Source of the DNA: a virus
DNA: 64,000 nt
Reading direction: 5' to 3' (one strand)
IMG/VR virus record: IMGVR_UViG_3300008954_000003
Span: 1-64,000 of that record
Position 1 is the stretch's first letter, and every line of letters begins with the position of its first letter. The notes beneath the pieces are model-generated. The model was not told the origin of the DNA, made no database searches, and saw nothing but the letters and a program-made list of their open reading frames with translations. Shown here one piece after another: positions 45,329 to 54,436 of the stretch. The translations under genes were made by a program, and so were the position numbers.

Positions 45329-48300
45329 ATGTCAAAGCCAACATTACAAGAAATCAGAGCATTTGCAAAAAAAGGACAACAAGCCCTTTTTACAAAAACT
45401 CCTATTCTTAATCCCGAAGACCACTCGGAGCATTATTTTTTATTTATAAGTTGTTTGCGATATATTTTCGGCACAGACAACTCAGACCTTGAAATAACCG
45501 AGGAGACTTCAGCTCTTGGCCTTGTTTCGTTTGAAGAGAGTGAAGCTTTAAAAAACACGATAACAAAGATCCAACTTGGAGAACTTGATTTGCCAATTGG
45601 GCAGATTCTTAAACCATATGAAGAGAATAATCTTGGTAAACTGTCAAGAAGAACTTATGAATCTGTTGTTCAGCACGCCTTTTACGATTGGTTTAGAAAG
45701 AAATATATTCTTGGAACGGGTAAAGAAGAGATAATAAAACGGGCAAATTTTGCTGACGGTTCAGTTGGCGGGTGGCACGAAGCGATTGTTGGTGTAAATG
45801 ACACTGTTTTGTTTGTTGATAATGGGGGCGGCCCGATAAAAGAAATCAAAAACCCGGAAGCAAAGCCACCGAAAAGAAAAGTATTAAGGTTTACAACTCC
45901 AACAGTTTGTGTTGTTTCAAAGAAAAAGGATACAGTAACCAATCTTAAGAAGGCAGAGAACATAGAAGCTCTTAAAAAAGAGGCATTGGAAGTCGTCAAA
46001 GGATCGTTCAGAAGAGACGTAAGTTCAAAAGCGAAGACAGAGGTGTTTTTCAGAGCCGTAACCAGAAAGGGCGTCAACCTTGTTAAAACGTGTGTTACTT
46101 TCAATTTTGCAGAAGTGGTTTTGTCCGAGGAATTTGAACAACAAGAGCATTACCTTGATACAATCAAAATCGGCCTTGATTCTTTGTCCAAATATTCTAT
46201 TACATTTCCAAATTTAGGGTCGGAGGATACGTTGTCTTCTATATTTTTCACCAATTTGAATATAGTGAGAGATGTTTTGAACCCTTTGCAAAATATGCCA
46301 GCAAATTCCAAACAATCTCTTTTTTATCAAGAGGTCGATAAGTTAGCCGCTGAGATTGAATCTTTTAAATTTGACAACAAACAAAAAGCTGCCGAGGTTC
46401 TTGGTAAAGAATACAAATTTCCCCCAAAAACAGTTACATCTATTTTGATAGAGGGACAAGAACTTCTACGGAATGAATATCTTTTGGAGAAAGGGGGGAA
46501 TCCGGTCTTTGCGAATTACAACAAAGCAGTAAGCAATGAATCGATAACCTATCATTACGATGATTCTATGAATCTTTTGGCAATATCATCTATTAGACCT
46601 CCAATTTCTTTAGGTAATACCGGGAATACAGCGAAAACCCTCGGTAAGCCGGACAAGGATGCGGAAAACATACCTTTCGATGAAGACAACCAAGATTATG
46701 AATTAAATCCAAAACCCGAAGGGTTGACCTTCGTTCCGCGCATCAATGCGCTTGGAAAGGGTTTTGGGGCTGTTGTTGGTGACATTGCTATTGTTACAGA
46801 CACCTTTGCAGAAAAATTTTATAAGAACTTTGAGGTTGTCGGTAAAACAGCCAACGCTCTCGGCGAAACCAAACTTAAAGGGGCGAGCAAGAAAAACCTC
46901 TTTATAAAAATTGAGGAAACAATAAAATTTAAACCAATTTTTGTGAGGACAATCACAAGACAAAAAATGATAGAGGCCATTGATGTTCCGGTGCCACCAT
47001 CAGAGCGTGACAACCCAGAGTTGCTTGAAAAAACACCTTATCCGATTATTCAAATGAAAACAGCAAACAACCTGTTTTTATCAAACAAGAACATTATTGG
47101 TCCGAACAAGTCTGTTCTTTGGGGCAATTTTGTTCAAAACGTTCATTATCCAAAAATCGATCTCAAGCCATCAGCGAAAAAAGACAAGAAGAAAAAAGAG
47201 AAAGGTAAGGACCCAAACGAAAGAAAACAAAAGCCGACCAAAGAGGACATGGAGAGTTCATTCAGCCTTTCGATTCCACTTGGGGCCGCTGTCGCTTCAA
47301 AGTATAATTGCTTCGAAGATATTGTCACCGTCTTTAGAAAAAGGGATCTTGGTACAATATTCGAATTTCTTTTTCATAAGTTTCCGTGGTATGAGCTTTT
47401 AACCAGAATTCTTGCTGCGAACAGAGACAAGCTTGAAAGACTCGGAGAAGATTCAAGCTTCTATGCGTGCTTAAACCAATTGAATGTAAATCAATTGTTC
47501 GCGGCATATATTAATTTTAAGAACCTCATTTTAAACCCACAGTGGCTTTTGAGCGTTATCCCTCAGATTCCAGAGATTCCCCAAATTCCGTATATCCCAT
47601 TGGTTGATTTTTGGGCATTCATCAAGGCAAAGATAATCGAACTCATAATAGAAGCCCTTCTTCTTGCGCTTGAATCCTTGTTGGGGTTTGCGATAAGAGA
47701 TCTTCTTAATATGTGCAATTTAAGCGATGAGGATATCAATAGGTTGGCAAGTCAGTCAGGTGGTGGTGGGGATCCTTATTCGAACTTTGCTTCGGTTGGT
47801 GATGGCTCAAAACTTGATTTTGTTTCGTGTGATATAAATGTTTTGATTCAAAGAGGCTCACAGTTTTCATTGAAAGAGGTCTTGTTCCTTTTACAAGAAC
47901 AGTTTCCACTCCTTAGTGGGTTAAGCGAGCAGGAGTTGAGGGGTTATTTCGATATAGTTTCTGAAAACATTGATTCAACAGAGCTTGTCTCACTTTTGAG
48001 AGGGTTTGCGAACGATGGCCTGTTGGAAATCGTTGCTGATCTTGGTTCAATTTCACAACTTTCATTCAAAGAAGGTGTGAGAGACTTCTATAAGCATCTT
48101 GGAACACTGGTTAATTCTGAGCTGTGTATAACAGGAATCCTTGAAGACGCAAAGAGAGCGGCGAATCCTTGTCCCCCACAAGATATAAAAGTCTTGCTTG
48201 CCCAAAAAGGCTTACCGGAAAACTACAAAGATCAACTCGTCGAGGATGCTCTTTCAAACATTGAAGAATTGTGCAAAAAAATCAATGATACGGTTTATGA

Positions 48301-49111
48301 TCTTTCAAAATCTATTCCAAACCTTATTGGTCAACAAGGGAGGAAGGCGTTGCAGGCGGCAGTTGATGCACCCTTCAAAGCTTTGGAAGGGCAAACGAAA
48401 TCTTCTTTGGAACAAACGACTGATTTGATTGGAACAAAGATAAAGTCATTGGGTTCAAAGCAAAAGGTGGAGTCTGGACCTATAAAACTCTCTCTTGAAT
48501 CTCTGTATTGGAACAACCCAATTGATGAAAGCGAAAAACCAGAAGATGGCTCTATTCTTTTTGATTTAATTGGGAAAGCAGAACAGGTAGGAAGTGAGTT
48601 GAAAGGGTCACAAGAGTTTTCTGTGGACGGAAAAAGTGGACAGGTGGTTCTGAAAATAGGTGGCGATAAAGGGGTTGCGATTAATGAAAAGGGAGAGGTT
48701 CTCTACAACGGCCAAATAGTTGTCACGGCGAAAAAAAGTGCAAAAGAGGCGGACTATATAAAAGACGGAGTGGTTAATACGGCAAGAGGGTTCATTTCTG
48801 ATTACGAACTGAAAGACTCCAACGAATTCAGTAAGAAAACGATTCGCTTAATTGATGAAGATGCGACAAGAGTGGGTCTTGTGAAAGCGCTGTTTAACAC
48901 AAATATCACCACATTCCCTTTGTTACAGGATCTTGAAAAGGGAAAGGAATTTGTCAAGACTTTGTTTGATTTGCGTAGGTTTGGAGAGGGGGATGATGTG
49001 GTGACGTACAAAAAAACTTTCCAAGACTCGTTAAATAAATCCGGAGATGCTTCAAAAGGCGTTGAAAACGTTTTGTTATATAAAGAAGTCTTGAAAAGGT
49101 TGGAGAGTTAA
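45329..49111 (+). CDS. Large hypothetical protein in the baseplate module
   Basis: 1260-aa uninterrupted ORF; no recognisable motif. Confidence 0.6.
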   Translation: MSKPTLQEIRAFAKKGQQALFTKTPILNPEDHSEHYFLFISCLRYIFGTDNSDLEITEETSALGLVSFEESEALKNTITKIQLGELDLPIGQILKPYEENNLGKLSRRTYESVVQHAFYDWFRKKYILGTGKEEIIKRANFADGSVGGWHEAIVGVNDTVLFVDNGGGPIKEIKNPEAKPPKRKVLRFTTPTVCVVSKKKDTVTNLKKAENIEALKKEALEVVKGSFRRDVSSKAKTEVFFRAVTRKGVNLVKTCVTFNFAEVVLSEEFEQQEHYLDTIKIGLDSLSKYSITFPNLGSEDTLSSIFFTNLNIVRDVLNPLQNMPANSKQSLFYQEVDKLAAEIESFKFDNKQKAAEVLGKEYKFPPKTVTSILIEGQELLRNEYLLEKGGNPVFANYNKAVSNESITYHYDDSMNLLAISSIRPPISLGNTGNTAKTLGKPDKDAENIPFDEDNQDYELNPKPEGLTFVPRINALGKGFGAVVGDIAIVTDTFAEKFYKNFEVVGKTANALGETKLKGASKKNLFIKIEETIKFKPIFVRTITRQKMIEAIDVPVPPSERDNPELLEKTPYPIIQMKTANNLFLSNKNIIGPNKSVLWGNFVQNVHYPKIDLKPSAKKDKKKKEKGKDPNERKQKPTKEDMESSFSLSIPLGAAVASKYNCFEDIVTVFRKRDLGTIFEFLFHKFPWYELLTRILAANRDKLERLGEDSSFYACLNQLNVNQLFAAYINFKNLILNPQWLLSVIPQIPEIPQIPYIPLVDFWAFIKAKIIELIIEALLLALESLLGFAIRDLLNMCNLSDEDINRLASQSGGGGDPYSNFASVGDGSKLDFVSCDINVLIQRGSQFSLKEVLFLLQEQFPLLSGLSEQELRGYFDIVSENIDSTELVSLLRGFANDGLLEIVADLGSISQLSFKEGVRDFYKHLGTLVNSELCITGILEDAKRAANPCPPQDIKVLLAQKGLPENYKDQLVEDALSNIEELCKKINDTVYDLSKSIPNLIGQQGRKALQAAVDAPFKALEGQTKSSLEQTTDLIGTKIKSLGSKQKVESGPIKLSLESLYWNNPIDESEKPEDGSILFDLIGKAEQVGSELKGSQEFSVDGKSGQVVLKIGGDKGVAINEKGEVLYNGQIVVTAKKSAKEADYIKDGVVNTARGFISDYELKDSNEFSKKTIRLIDEDATRVGLVKALFNTNITTFPLLQDLEKGKEFVKTLFDLRRFGEGDDVVTYKKTFQDSLNKSGDASKGVENVLLYKEVLKRLES

Positions 49112-50779
49112 ATGCTTGGTTACGATTCTATTAATTCTGTTTTACAAGGAGCCTCTGCAAGAGAGAGGATAAGAGCCTTTCTTACTGACTACTTGTTGTT
49201 TACATATCCGGCGTATGCAGAGATACCAGGGCTTACTTCCGACAAACTTAAACCATTGGTTTCTTTTTTCATGGAGAGATTTGAGAACGACGTTGGCGAT
49301 TTATTAGTGGCCTATAGACTTGCAGCTTTGTTCGAAGACAAAGATTTTTTGTTCGAAGGGAAAGGGGAGACGGAAATTGTAGAAGCATCTAAAAAAGCCC
49401 TCTTTGATGTGTTCATGAGTGTTCTTTATGAGATGTTAGAAGAGCTTGGAAAGAGGTTCTCAACAAAGAAAAAGAAGCTTGTTTCTGATGGGTTCATTGG
49501 GCAACTTTTCAATACAGATAGCACTTGGGGATATATCCCAACAAACATGTATAATTTGTGGAACATCGGGAGCTATATTAGTGAGGTCGGAAAGGTAGTC
49601 CAAGGGAACGATAAGATATTTCCAGAGTTTTTAACCGGAGAAGGCGACGATCTTTTATTTGGAGAGCATTACGCATCAAATGATTTGATAAGCTTTGGAG
49701 ATATTAGGAAGTTTGATTCTTCAATAAAGCCAGAAAATAAAACAGAGAGATTTGATTTAGAAACAACAGCCGATTGGAATTTTTTGAAGACAAGGCCAAA
49801 GTTCTTTTTGGAGATCTTTTTCAGAAATTCAAAACTGGTTGGATTTGGAAGAGAGCAATTTAAATATATGTCTTTATCCGAAGCTGGAAAGGCAATGGTG
49901 AGGCTTAAAGAACTGAAGTCAGTTACGAGTAAACAGCATCTTCAAAACTTCCCGCCTCTTGTGCCAGATGAGATTGGTGTGAGATTGGTCATGAACTTAT
50001 CTTACGTTGAAGCTTTGAGGGCGGGCTCCATATACTCACTATTAAACAGCACAAATGAAATAGAAAGCCCAAAGCCAACATTCGGGTGGAACATGCACCC
50101 GGAACTTGGGAAAGTTTCGACAATTTTGGATAGCGGTATATTTCAGGGATCCACTTTAAGTGGATGGCGCTCTGTTGACACCCTAAGACTCCATTTCAGA
50201 GAGGGCACAAAAGGTATTTTATCGCAAATATTGTCGGGTAAGTTGCCGGAAAAGAAAATTGATACGGAAAAAATGATGATGGAAAAAGCAGGAATAAGAG
50301 TTGGCTTTGTCAACGAAGTTCCCCAAGGAACCATTGGAAAGAAATTCGCTGACGGACAAAAGTTTCCCGGTTTTAAGTTAGCAAAGAAAGATAGAATCTT
50401 CACATTAACGTTCCCCGTTGTCATTTCAGAGGCGGTAACTCCAATAAACCCTTTTGAGTTTGAACTTATTTCTCAAGCGCCAGCTTTGCAACTTGCTGGA
50501 CAGGGAACAGGGGCGACGTTCTTTTCTATTCTTTCAAAGCCGGTTCTTGCTCTTGAAAAAGATCAGAAGACAAAAGATTTTATCAATAAAACCCTTCCGT
50601 ATGACTTACTTAATGCAATCTATCCTATTTATTATAGTTCTTTGGTGGATCGCAAAGTTGGGAAAGATAACAAATCGATGAGAGACATTATCAGAGAAGA
50701 GGATAGGTTTGAATTGAACAAGTATAAGAAATCAATCGATGCGATGTTGAGGAATTTGTCAAAGTTTGACGAGGTATAA
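49112..50779 (+). CDS. Hypothetical protein in the baseplate module
   Basis: 555-aa ORF abutting both neighbours. Confidence 0.6.
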   Translation: MLGYDSINSVLQGASARERIRAFLTDYLLFTYPAYAEIPGLTSDKLKPLVSFFMERFENDVGDLLVAYRLAALFEDKDFLFEGKGETEIVEASKKALFDVFMSVLYEMLEELGKRFSTKKKKLVSDGFIGQLFNTDSTWGYIPTNMYNLWNIGSYISEVGKVVQGNDKIFPEFLTGEGDDLLFGEHYASNDLISFGDIRKFDSSIKPENKTERFDLETTADWNFLKTRPKFFLEIFFRNSKLVGFGREQFKYMSLSEAGKAMVRLKELKSVTSKQHLQNFPPLVPDEIGVRLVMNLSYVEALRAGSIYSLLNSTNEIESPKPTFGWNMHPELGKVSTILDSGIFQGSTLSGWRSVDTLRLHFREGTKGILSQILSGKLPEKKIDTEKMMMEKAGIRVGFVNEVPQGTIGKKFADGQKFPGFKLAKKDRIFTLTFPVVISEAVTPINPFEFELISQAPALQLAGQGTGATFFSILSKPVLALEKDQKTKDFINKTLPYDLLNAIYPIYYSSLVDRKVGKDNKSMRDIIREEDRFELNKYKKSIDAMLRNLSKFDEV

Positions 50780-50781
50780 TT

Positions 50782-51174
50782 ATGGCTAGTGGAATTTCTG
50801 TAAAATTGCCCTTGGTGTATAGCAAGATCGATGGGCCATTTGCTCTGACGAAGACCTTTCAAGAGACGATCAAGCAGAATTTCAAGAATATGGTCTTAAC
50901 CGTCAAAGGGGAGAGGATAATGGACCCCGATTTTGGTGTGGGCCTTCACCAACTTCTTTTTGAGAACATAGATTCCGCCTTTATTGAGGTGATTGAAGAG
51001 CGAATCATAACTCAAACTGAAATTTATATGCCTTTTGTTAAAATTGAAGACGTAAACATTCAAACACCAGAGGAAGAACCAAACAAACTTTATGTGGGAA
51101 TTAACTATTATATCATTCCACTCAACGCTGATGATACATTAACCCTCAATATAAGTGATAAGGGAATAGAATAA
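50782..51174 (+). CDS. Baseplate wedge/sheath-initiator protein (gp25-like)
   Basis: IKQNFKNMVLTVKGERIMDPDFGVGL..LLFE..YMPFV. Confidence 0.92.
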   Translation: MASGISVKLPLVYSKIDGPFALTKTFQETIKQNFKNMVLTVKGERIMDPDFGVGLHQLLFENIDSAFIEVIEERIITQTEIYMPFVKIEDVNIQTPEEEPNKLYVGINYYIIPLNADDTLTLNISDKGIE

Positions 51175-52964
51175 TGGCAAAAACAAGACCACCGATTTCA
51201 TATACGAGTAGAGATTTCGAATCAATTCGAAATGACCTCATAAATTATGCAAAGATTTATTACCCTGATACATATAAGGATTTTAACGAGGCTTCGTTTG
51301 GTTCTTTGATGATCGATCTCGTCTCTTATGTTGGAGATATTCTTTCTTTTTATGTTGATTATCAAGCCAATGAAAGTTTTCTTGAAACATCGATTGAGAC
51401 AAAAAACGTTTTAAAACTTGCTCGTCAAATGGGGTACAAAGTACCCGGCTCACCATCATCAACAGGTGTGGCGGCCTTTTTTGTTACAGTGCCCGCTACA
51501 TCAAACGGCGGTTCCCCCAACCCTGACTTAATTCCAATTCTTAAAGCCGGAACCCTCGTCAGCTCAGATAGCGGGGCACAATTTATTTTGAACGAAGATG
51601 TCGATTTTGGGCGCTCTGACACCTTAATTAAAGTCGCAAATGTTGATTCAGACGGGACGGTTATTTCGTATGCGATGAAAGCCTATGGAGAAATTGTATC
51701 TGGCGAGGTTAGAGAAACAACATTTGAGGTCGGCAGTGAACAGAAATTTTTGAAGCTAACCCTGCCAGATGACAACGTTACAGAAATTTTGTCTGTTGTT
51801 GATACAGAGGGTCGTGAGTATTATGAGGTGGATTACCTTTCACAAGATACAGTATTCAAAGGGGTTAGAAACCTTCAATCAGATTTTGAAACAACCCCTT
51901 ATATCTTGAAAGAGCTTCAAACACCGAGAAGGTTTGTCGTGATTCATGATTTGGATGAAGAAACGGCAATACAGTTTGGGTCTGGAACGGAGCAAGAGTT
52001 GATTGACAAAGTGTTCCCCGATCCAACGTCAGCAGTCTTAAAGATGCATGGTAAGGATTATTTCATTGGAACTTCGTTTGATCCAAACAAGATAAGTAAA
52101 ACAGAAAAGATGGGCATAGCCCCCGCCAATACAATTTTAACTGTTCGATATCGCGTCAACACAACTGATAATGTTAATGCCCCTGTGGGTTCAATCGACT
52201 CTGTTGTCTCAACCAATGTCGAATTTAGAGAGAGTGTGACAACAAGAGCTTCGGCGCTTGCATCGATTTCAAATTTTGAAGTTGATAACGAAAATCCTAT
52301 TGTTGGTTCTGTTTCATTGCCGTCTGTTGACGAAATCAAAATGAGAGCGATTGACTCCTATGCTTCGCAAAACAGGGCAGTTACGAGACAGGACTACATC
52401 AGCCTTTGTTATAGAATGCCAGCAAGGTTTGGTGCGGTGAAGAGGGTTAATATCGTTCAAGACAAAGATTCCTTTAAAAGAAATTTGAATCTCTATGTCA
52501 TCTCTGAAGATGTCGATGGCAATCTTATTAGGGCGACAACATCTCTGAAGAAGAATTTGAAAACGTGGCTTAATAGATTTAAGATGATCAACGATACTGT
52601 TGATATTTTGGATGCAACGATAGCAAACATTTCAATAACCTTTGAGGTGGTAAGTGAATTTGATGCAGATAAAACAACGGCTTTGAATGAGTGCCTTCAA
52701 GAGTTGAAAGAGCTTTACAAAACGAAATTTAGGATCGGAGAACCTCTTTACCTTGGAGATATATACAAAGCCTTGAATGACGTTGATGACGTTGTTGACA
52801 CGATAAAAGTTGTCATTAATAGAAAGACGGGAACTAATTACAGTAGCGCACAATTTGATGTCTCTGACAACTTGAAGAAGAATGGGCGTGTGCTTATTGT
52901 CCCAGAGGATATGATATTAGAAATCAGAGATTTGGATAACGATATAACAGGAATCATTAAATAA
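51174..52964 (+). CDS. Baseplate wedge protein (T4 gp6/baseplate J-like)
   Basis: SRDFESIRNDLI, DFNEASFG, NESFLETS, LARQMGY, QNRAVTRQDY. Confidence 0.9.
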   Translation: MAKTRPPISYTSRDFESIRNDLINYAKIYYPDTYKDFNEASFGSLMIDLVSYVGDILSFYVDYQANESFLETSIETKNVLKLARQMGYKVPGSPSSTGVAAFFVTVPATSNGGSPNPDLIPILKAGTLVSSDSGAQFILNEDVDFGRSDTLIKVANVDSDGTVISYAMKAYGEIVSGEVRETTFEVGSEQKFLKLTLPDDNVTEILSVVDTEGREYYEVDYLSQDTVFKGVRNLQSDFETTPYILKELQTPRRFVVIHDLDEETAIQFGSGTEQELIDKVFPDPTSAVLKMHGKDYFIGTSFDPNKISKTEKMGIAPANTILTVRYRVNTTDNVNAPVGSIDSVVSTNVEFRESVTTRASALASISNFEVDNENPIVGSVSLPSVDEIKMRAIDSYASQNRAVTRQDYISLCYRMPARFGAVKRVNIVQDKDSFKRNLNLYVISEDVDGNLIRATTSLKKNLKTWLNRFKMINDTVDILDATIANISITFEVVSEFDADKTTALNECLQELKELYKTKFRIGEPLYLGDIYKALNDVDDVVDTIKVVINRKTGTNYSSAQFDVSDNLKKNGRVLIVPEDMILEIRDLDNDITGIIK

Positions 52965-54436
52965 TGGGTATCAAGAGATTCTACGCCACAAAAGATACAA
53001 CGATAACAAACGCCTATAAATCAGATTTGTCTACGAGGGCGACGGGTTCAAACATGGGCGCTTCTGATATACTAGAAGTATTCAGTGTTTATGCTCAAGC
53101 TTCAACGTCTTCATCAGAATTGGCAAGAGTTCTGATCGACTTTCCTGTTATGACAGAGATCTCCTCTTCAAGGGCGGCTGAGGATATTCCTTTAAGTGGT
53201 AGTGATAATCTTAGGTTCTATTTGAAGATGTTCAACGCAGAGCACAGCAACAGTCTTCCAAGAAAGTTTACATTGAGTATCGCAGCAGTTTCACGTTCGT
53301 GGACAGAAGGTGAAGGTCTTGATATGGATGAATATAAGGACCTTGATGTTTGCAATTGGACATCTGCGAGTCTTGGATCGGGTTCTGGCTGGCGAGATGC
53401 GGGAGGGGATTTCCTTTCATCGTCGGCGTATACAACATCGAGTCATTATTTTGAAGTTGGGAATGAAGATCTTGAGGCTGATGTAACTTCAATTGTTGAA
53501 AGCTGGATTGCTGGTACGATGGCGAACACGGGTGGTTTTGGGGTGTTTTTGTCTTCAAGCCATGAAAGTGCTGCACAATCATACCATACAAAGAAGTTCT
53601 TTGGTCGAAATAGCGAATACTATATGCGCCGCCCAGTTCTTGAGGCTCGATGGAATTCAGCAAAACAAGATGATTTTAAGAATTTCTATTTAAGCAGCTC
53701 TCTTGTTCCCGGAGAAGATAACCTTAACACCCTTTATCTCTACAATTTTGTAAGGGGGCAAAAGAAGAACATTCCCGGCTTGGACAGGACAAACAAAATC
53801 CTCATAAGTGTTTATGTTTCAGATACTGGCAGCGTGGATCCAAGCCCCAATAAAATAACCTTACCCATCGGGGGAGGGGTCGTTAGCAACAACGATGTGA
53901 ATGCTACAGGTGGATGGGTTGAAACAGGAGTGTATTCGGCCTCATTTGCGTATACAGGCTCTGCAAAGACAATCTTTCCTGTGTGGCATACGGGAAGCAC
54001 AGAGTATCATACCGGCTCTTCGATTTCCGTAAAGACCTTTGAAGCCGGTGAAGAGTACAACACAAAAAGATATGCGACAAAGATTGTTAATTTAAAGGCG
54101 AATTATTCTAAAGATGAAAGGGCAAGGTTTCGCTTGTTCATTCGTGAGAAAGATTGGTGCCCAACTATTTATACGGAGGCAAACGCAAGCGCCTCTAATA
54201 GTGTGATTGAAAAGGTATATTATAAACTGTCTCGTGCGGCTGATGATTTTACCATTTTCAATTATGGAACGGGGAGCACCCAACACACATTATTATCATA
54301 TGATAAGAATGGAAGTTATTTCGATTTGGACATGTCAATGCTAGAACCAGGATTCCAATACAAGCTTAAATTCCTCTATGATATATATGGTGACTTGGTT
54401 GAACCAAAGGAAGAATTCAAATTTAGGGTTGAATAA
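52964..54436 (+). CDS. Virion structural protein, Ser-rich, DNRLRE-like beta domain
   Basis: KDTTI, RVLIDF, SWTEG, DVTSIVESW, RPVLEARW; follows gp6. Confidence 0.65.
   Translation: MGIKRFYATKDTTITNAYKSDLSTRATGSNMGASDILEVFSVYAQASTSSSELARVLIDFPVMTEISSSRAAEDIPLSGSDNLRFYLKMFNAEHSNSLPRKFTLSIAAVSRSWTEGEGLDMDEYKDLDVCNWTSASLGSGSGWRDAGGDFLSSSAYTTSSHYFEVGNEDLEADVTSIVESWIAGTMANTGGFGVFLSSSHESAAQSYHTKKFFGRNSEYYMRRPVLEARWNSAKQDDFKNFYLSSSLVPGEDNLNTLYLYNFVRGQKKNIPGLDRTNKILISVYVSDTGSVDPSPNKITLPIGGGVVSNNDVNATGGWVETGVYSASFAYTGSAKTIFPVWHTGSTEYHTGSSISVKTFEAGEEYNTKRYATKIVNLKANYSKDERARFRLFIREKDWCPTIYTEANASASNSVIEKVYYKLSRAADDFTIFNYGTGSTQHTLLSYDKNGSYFDLDMSMLEPGFQYKLKFLYDIYGDLVEPKEEFKFRVE
53432..53462 (+). repeat. 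31-bp perfect direct repeat, copy 1
   Basis: acaacatcgagtcattattttgaagttggga, identical at 55117-55147. Confidence 0.95.
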
